DNA of 64,000 nt from Longimicrobiales bacterium (lineage in GTDB: Bacteria; Gemmatimonadota; Gemmatimonadetes; Longimicrobiales; Gaopeijiaceae): the NCBI GenBank assembly GCA_041690395.1, contig JAWLHJ010000001.1, forward strand, positions 448,001 through 512,000, written 5' to 3'. The notes below the pieces were generated by a model. The model searched no databases. It was not told the origin of the DNA and was given only the letters and a program-made list of their open reading frames with translations. Shown in pieces: positions 60,675 to 64,000 of the stretch; the stretch's first letter is position 1; every line of letters starts with the position of its first letter. The position numbers were made by a program, and so were the translations under genes.

Positions 60675-62069
60675 ATGAGGCAGCCAGCATCCCCGTTCGT
60701 CCTCGCGTTCCTCGCGCTCGCGACCGTCATGAGCGGCCCGATGGCCGCGCAAGCCGGCGCGCAGGCTCCGGCCATGATCCCCGACGGGACACCGGCGCGC
60801 GTGCATCCGCTGCCGACGCTGCGCGAGCAGGCAGTGGAGCAGCAGGCGTGGCTGGAAGCACGGCTCGATCGGGTGCTGCCGGCGCTCATGTCCGAGTACG
60901 GCGTGGACATGTGGGTCCTGTCCATGCGCGAATACGCCGAGGATCCGGTGTTCTGGTCGATGACGGCCCCGACCACCTTCGCGGCCCGGCGCCGGTCCAT
61001 CTACGTCATGACCCGCCAGCCCGACGGCACGGTCGAGCGGTTGGCGCTCGGCGGTACCAGTCAGGGCGGCGTCTTCGAGGCGTTCCGCTCCTCCCGGCCC
61101 GCGCCGACCGAGGACACAGGTGAGCTGGTGGGCGACGAACAGTGGACGCTCTTCCGGGAGCTGGTCGAGGACCGCGACCCGGCGAACATCGTCCTGAACA
61201 TCGACCCGGTGTGGGCGTTCTCCGACGGCCTCCACGCCGGCGAGCGGGAGGCGCTCGAGGAGGCACTGGGCCCCTACGTCGATCGGGTCGTCCGCGAGCC
61301 CCGCCTGGCGATGAACTATATCGGGCTGCGGCTCCCGGAGATGATGCCCCGCTACCGGAAGATCCAGGAGACGGTCCACGCGATGATCTCGCAGGCGTTC
61401 TCGAACGCCGTCATCACGCCCGGTGAGACGACCACAGAGGACGTCGTCTGGTGGCTCCGCCAGAAGTCGCAGGAGCTCGGCTACACGAACTGGTTCCAGC
61501 CGTCCGTCGACGTGCAGCGTCAGGGCGGCGTGTCCGGCGACGGTCCGACGGTCATCCAGCCGGGAGACCTGCTGTGGACCGACTTCGGCGTGGTGGCCAT
61601 GAACCTCCACACCGACACGCAGCATCTCGGCTACGTGCTGCGCCCCGGCGAGACCGAGGCGCCCGAAGGGCTCCGGCAGTGCCTCGCCGACTCGAACCGC
61701 ATGCAGGACATCCACCTCGAGGAGATGGGTCCCGGCCGCACCGGCAACGAGATCCTCGCGGCCATCCTGGCACGCATGGAGTCCGAGGGGATCGACGGGA
61801 CGGTCTACACCCACCCGATCGGCGACCACGGCCACGGCGCCGGCCCCCTGATCGGCCGGTGGGACGCGCAGGAAGGCGTGCCGGTGCGCGGGGACGCGGT
61901 GCTGCTCCCGTCGACGTGGCACTCCATCGAGCTTCAGGCGACGCGCCAGATCCCGGAGTGGGGCGGCGACATCGCCCGCTGCCGGCAGGAGGAGGAGGCC
62001 TATCTGGACACGGACGGCGACCGCCACTGGGCGTTCCGCCGGCAGAGCACCTTCCACCTCGTCTGGTAG
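60675..62069 (+). CDS. Secreted M24 family (Xaa-Pro-like) metallopeptidase
   Basis: Signal peptide; D-x10-D (DFGV...TDTQ), HPIG..GH and SIE pita-bread metal ligands. Confidence 0.8.
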   Translation: MRQPASPFVLAFLALATVMSGPMAAQAGAQAPAMIPDGTPARVHPLPTLREQAVEQQAWLEARLDRVLPALMSEYGVDMWVLSMREYAEDPVFWSMTAPTTFAARRRSIYVMTRQPDGTVERLALGGTSQGGVFEAFRSSRPAPTEDTGELVGDEQWTLFRELVEDRDPANIVLNIDPVWAFSDGLHAGEREALEEALGPYVDRVVREPRLAMNYIGLRLPEMMPRYRKIQETVHAMISQAFSNAVITPGETTTEDVVWWLRQKSQELGYTNWFQPSVDVQRQGGVSGDGPTVIQPGDLLWTDFGVVAMNLHTDTQHLGYVLRPGETEAPEGLRQCLADSNRMQDIHLEEMGPGRTGNEILAAILARMESEGIDGTVYTHPIGDHGHGAGPLIGRWDAQEGVPVRGDAVLLPSTWHSIELQATRQIPEWGGDIARCRQEEEAYLDTDGDRHWAFRRQSTFHLVW

Positions 62070-62081
62070 GGCCGCACACGC

Positions 62082-63494
62082 ATGAAGGTGGCGCCGCCGG
62101 GCAGGAGGTTCGATCGATCCATCGTCGAGGGCCCGATCAAGGGCGCGGTCTGGAAGCTCGCCTGGCCGACCATGCTCCAGAACATCATCGGCGGACTGCA
62201 GGGCATCGTGGACCACGCGATGGTCGGGCACTACGTCGGCTACACCGGGAACGCGGCCATCGGCGTGTCGTGGCAGATCTGGGTCGTGGTCATCGTCTTC
62301 ATCAGCTCGCTCTTCACCGGGATGGGCGTGCTGGTCGCGCGCTTCGCGGGGCAGGACGACTCGGAGAAGGTGAACCGCACCGTCTACCAGGCGTTCATCA
62401 CGTCCGTGCTCATCGTGGTCGGGGTCATGGCGCCCGTGGGGTACTTCGCGGCGCCCTGGCTGCTGGATCTGGTCAATGCGGCGCCGGAGGTGCAGGCCGA
62501 AGCGCTTCCCTACCTCCGGATCATGTTCGTGTTCTCGTTCGGCATGCTGATGTTCTTCATGCTCGGCGGGGCGCTCCGCTCGGCCGGGGACGCGCAGACG
62601 CCGCTCCGCCTCGGCGTCGCGCTCACGCTCCTGAACATCGTGCTCAACGTGATCCTGATCCGCGGGCTGGGCCCGATTCCGGCGTTCGGGACCACGGGTG
62701 CGGCGCTCGGCACGGTCATCTCAGCGGGGATCGTGACCGTCTATGCGTTCGTGCGGCTCTTCGACGGGCACTGGGTCGTCCAGTTCCACCGGGGGATGGG
62801 GCTGAAGCCCGACTGGGTGATCATCCGGGAGATCTTCCGCTTCGGCCTCCCGACCGGCATCCAGGGCGTGGCGATGAACGTCGGCGGCGTGTTCCTCCTC
62901 GCCTTCGTCGGGGCGCTCGCGGTGAGCGCGGAGGCGCAGGCCGCGTACGTGGTGAGCTACACGCAGATCTTCTCGTTCATCACCTGGACCTCCGTCGGCA
63001 TGATGGGCGCGACGGCCGCGGTGGCCGGCCAGAACCTCGGCGCCGGGCAGCCCGACCGCGCGAGCCGCGCGGTGCACACGGCCGCGGGGTTCGGACTGCT
63101 GCTGGCGGCGATCTTCGGGCTGAGCTTCGTGCTGATTCCACGCGCTCTCCTCGGGGTGTTCGGCATGGAGAACGAGCTGGTGCTCGAGCTGGGCGTGGAG
63201 CTGCTTCGCTATCTGTCGATCTCGGGGCTCTTCATCACGGTGGCCCTCGCCTACACCGGCGGGCTCCAGGGCACCGGTGACACGAAGAGTCCCATGTACA
63301 TCTCCATCGTGTCCCAGGTGATCATCCCGCTCGGGATGTGCTTCACCATCCAGCAGCTCTCGACTCTCGAGGCCCACCACATCTGGATGGCGATCGTCAT
63401 CGGCCACTTCACGCGGGCGGTGCTGAGCGTCGGGGTGTTCCGGCGTGAGCGGTGGAGGAACATCGAGGTCGACATCGGGCGGGCACGGGCATGA
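62082..63494 (+). CDS. MATE family efflux transporter
   Basis: LAWP, D..MVG, RSAGDA.TP, GQNLGA and GTGDTKSP motifs; about 12 transmembrane segments. Confidence 0.92.
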   Translation: MKVAPPGRRFDRSIVEGPIKGAVWKLAWPTMLQNIIGGLQGIVDHAMVGHYVGYTGNAAIGVSWQIWVVVIVFISSLFTGMGVLVARFAGQDDSEKVNRTVYQAFITSVLIVVGVMAPVGYFAAPWLLDLVNAAPEVQAEALPYLRIMFVFSFGMLMFFMLGGALRSAGDAQTPLRLGVALTLLNIVLNVILIRGLGPIPAFGTTGAALGTVISAGIVTVYAFVRLFDGHWVVQFHRGMGLKPDWVIIREIFRFGLPTGIQGVAMNVGGVFLLAFVGALAVSAEAQAAYVVSYTQIFSFITWTSVGMMGATAAVAGQNLGAGQPDRASRAVHTAAGFGLLLAAIFGLSFVLIPRALLGVFGMENELVLELGVELLRYLSISGLFITVALAYTGGLQGTGDTKSPMYISIVSQVIIPLGMCFTIQQLSTLEAHHIWMAIVIGHFTRAVLSVGVFRRERWRNIEVDIGRARA

Positions 63495-64000
63495 TCCAGA
63501 TCTTCGCGATCTGTGCCCTGCTCATCGCCCTGAACGGACTCTTCGTCGCGGCGGAGTTCGCGGCCGTCAGCGTCCGCACGAGCCGGATCCAGCAGGCCGC
63601 CGAGGAAGGCAACCGCTTCGCCCGGCGGCTGATGAGGATCATGGACGACCCGAGGGCGCTGGACGCCTACATCGCGGCGTGCCAGGTCGGCATCACCCTG
63701 TCGAGCCTGATCCTCGGTGCGTTCGGACAGCAGAGCCTCGCGCACCTGCTCATTCCGGTCTTCGAAGGGCTCGGCGGGCTGCAGAACGCGGCGGCCCAGT
63801 CCGCCTCCGCGCTCGCGGTGCTCATCGGACTCACCGTCGCCCAGATGGTCCTCGGCGAGCTGGTCCCGAAGTCCGTCGCGCTCCAGTTCCCGACGCCGGT
63901 CAGCCTGGCGACCGTCCTGCCGATGGAGGTCGCGTCCCGGGTGCTGACGCCGTTCATCTGGATCCTGAACGGGAGCGGATGGATCATCCTGCGTGGGCTC
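63491..64000 (+). CDS. Hemolysin/CNNM (DUF21) membrane protein, 5' part truncated by the window edge
   Basis: Translated by hand: MIQIFAICALLIALNGLFVAAEFAAVSVR...QVGITLSSLILG...VLGELVPKSVAL; ATGA overlap with the MATE stop. Confidence 0.88.
   Translation, partial: MIQIFAICALLIALNGLFVAAEFAAVSVRTSRIQQAAEEGNRFARRLMRIMDDPRALDAYIAACQVGITLSSLILGAFGQQSLAHLLIPVFEGLGGLQNAAAQSASALAVLIGLTVAQMVLGELVPKSVALQFPTPVSLATVLPMEVASRVLTPFIWILNGSGWIILRGL

Overview
GC-rich bacterial DNA; gene content and order suggest Gemmatimonadota (inference, not tested). Positions 1-20.7 kb are a visibly less GC-skewed exopolysaccharide (EPS) tailoring region: three GT4 glycosyltransferases, three deacetylase-type proteins, a DegT-like aminotransferase, VanZ, GNAT, ACP + FkbH, a methyltransferase, an sxtIJK-like carbamoyltransferase trio, a broken PEP-CTERM gene and an Ig-repeat lipoprotein. 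Positions 20.7-29.1 kb hold the EPS core and regulators: priming sugar transferase, histidine kinase, sigma54 activator, Wzc, a degenerate REC-GGDEF and a Wza/SLBB protein. The rest is housekeeping: hisN, a diguanylate cyclase, MarR, TrmJ, tatA, acyl-CoA dehydrogenase, gcvH-gcvP-lipoate ligase, an Opp/Dpp ABC transporter, ExbB, Slt, csp, polA, ssb, a sigma70 factor, fabF, pckA, an M24 peptidase, MATE and CNNM. Two non-coding signals stand out. (1) A GEMM-I cyclic-dinucleotide riboswitch with A at the position-20 specificity site (the cAMP-GMP-type variant) lies between a near-consensus sigma54 promoter and the Ig-repeat lipoprotein gene. (2) A family of three 145-146 bp intergenic elements has conserved imperfect 26-bp terminal inverted repeats and diverged cores, all in the same orientation about 14 kb apart. 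No tRNA, rRNA, CRISPR array or transposase was seen.
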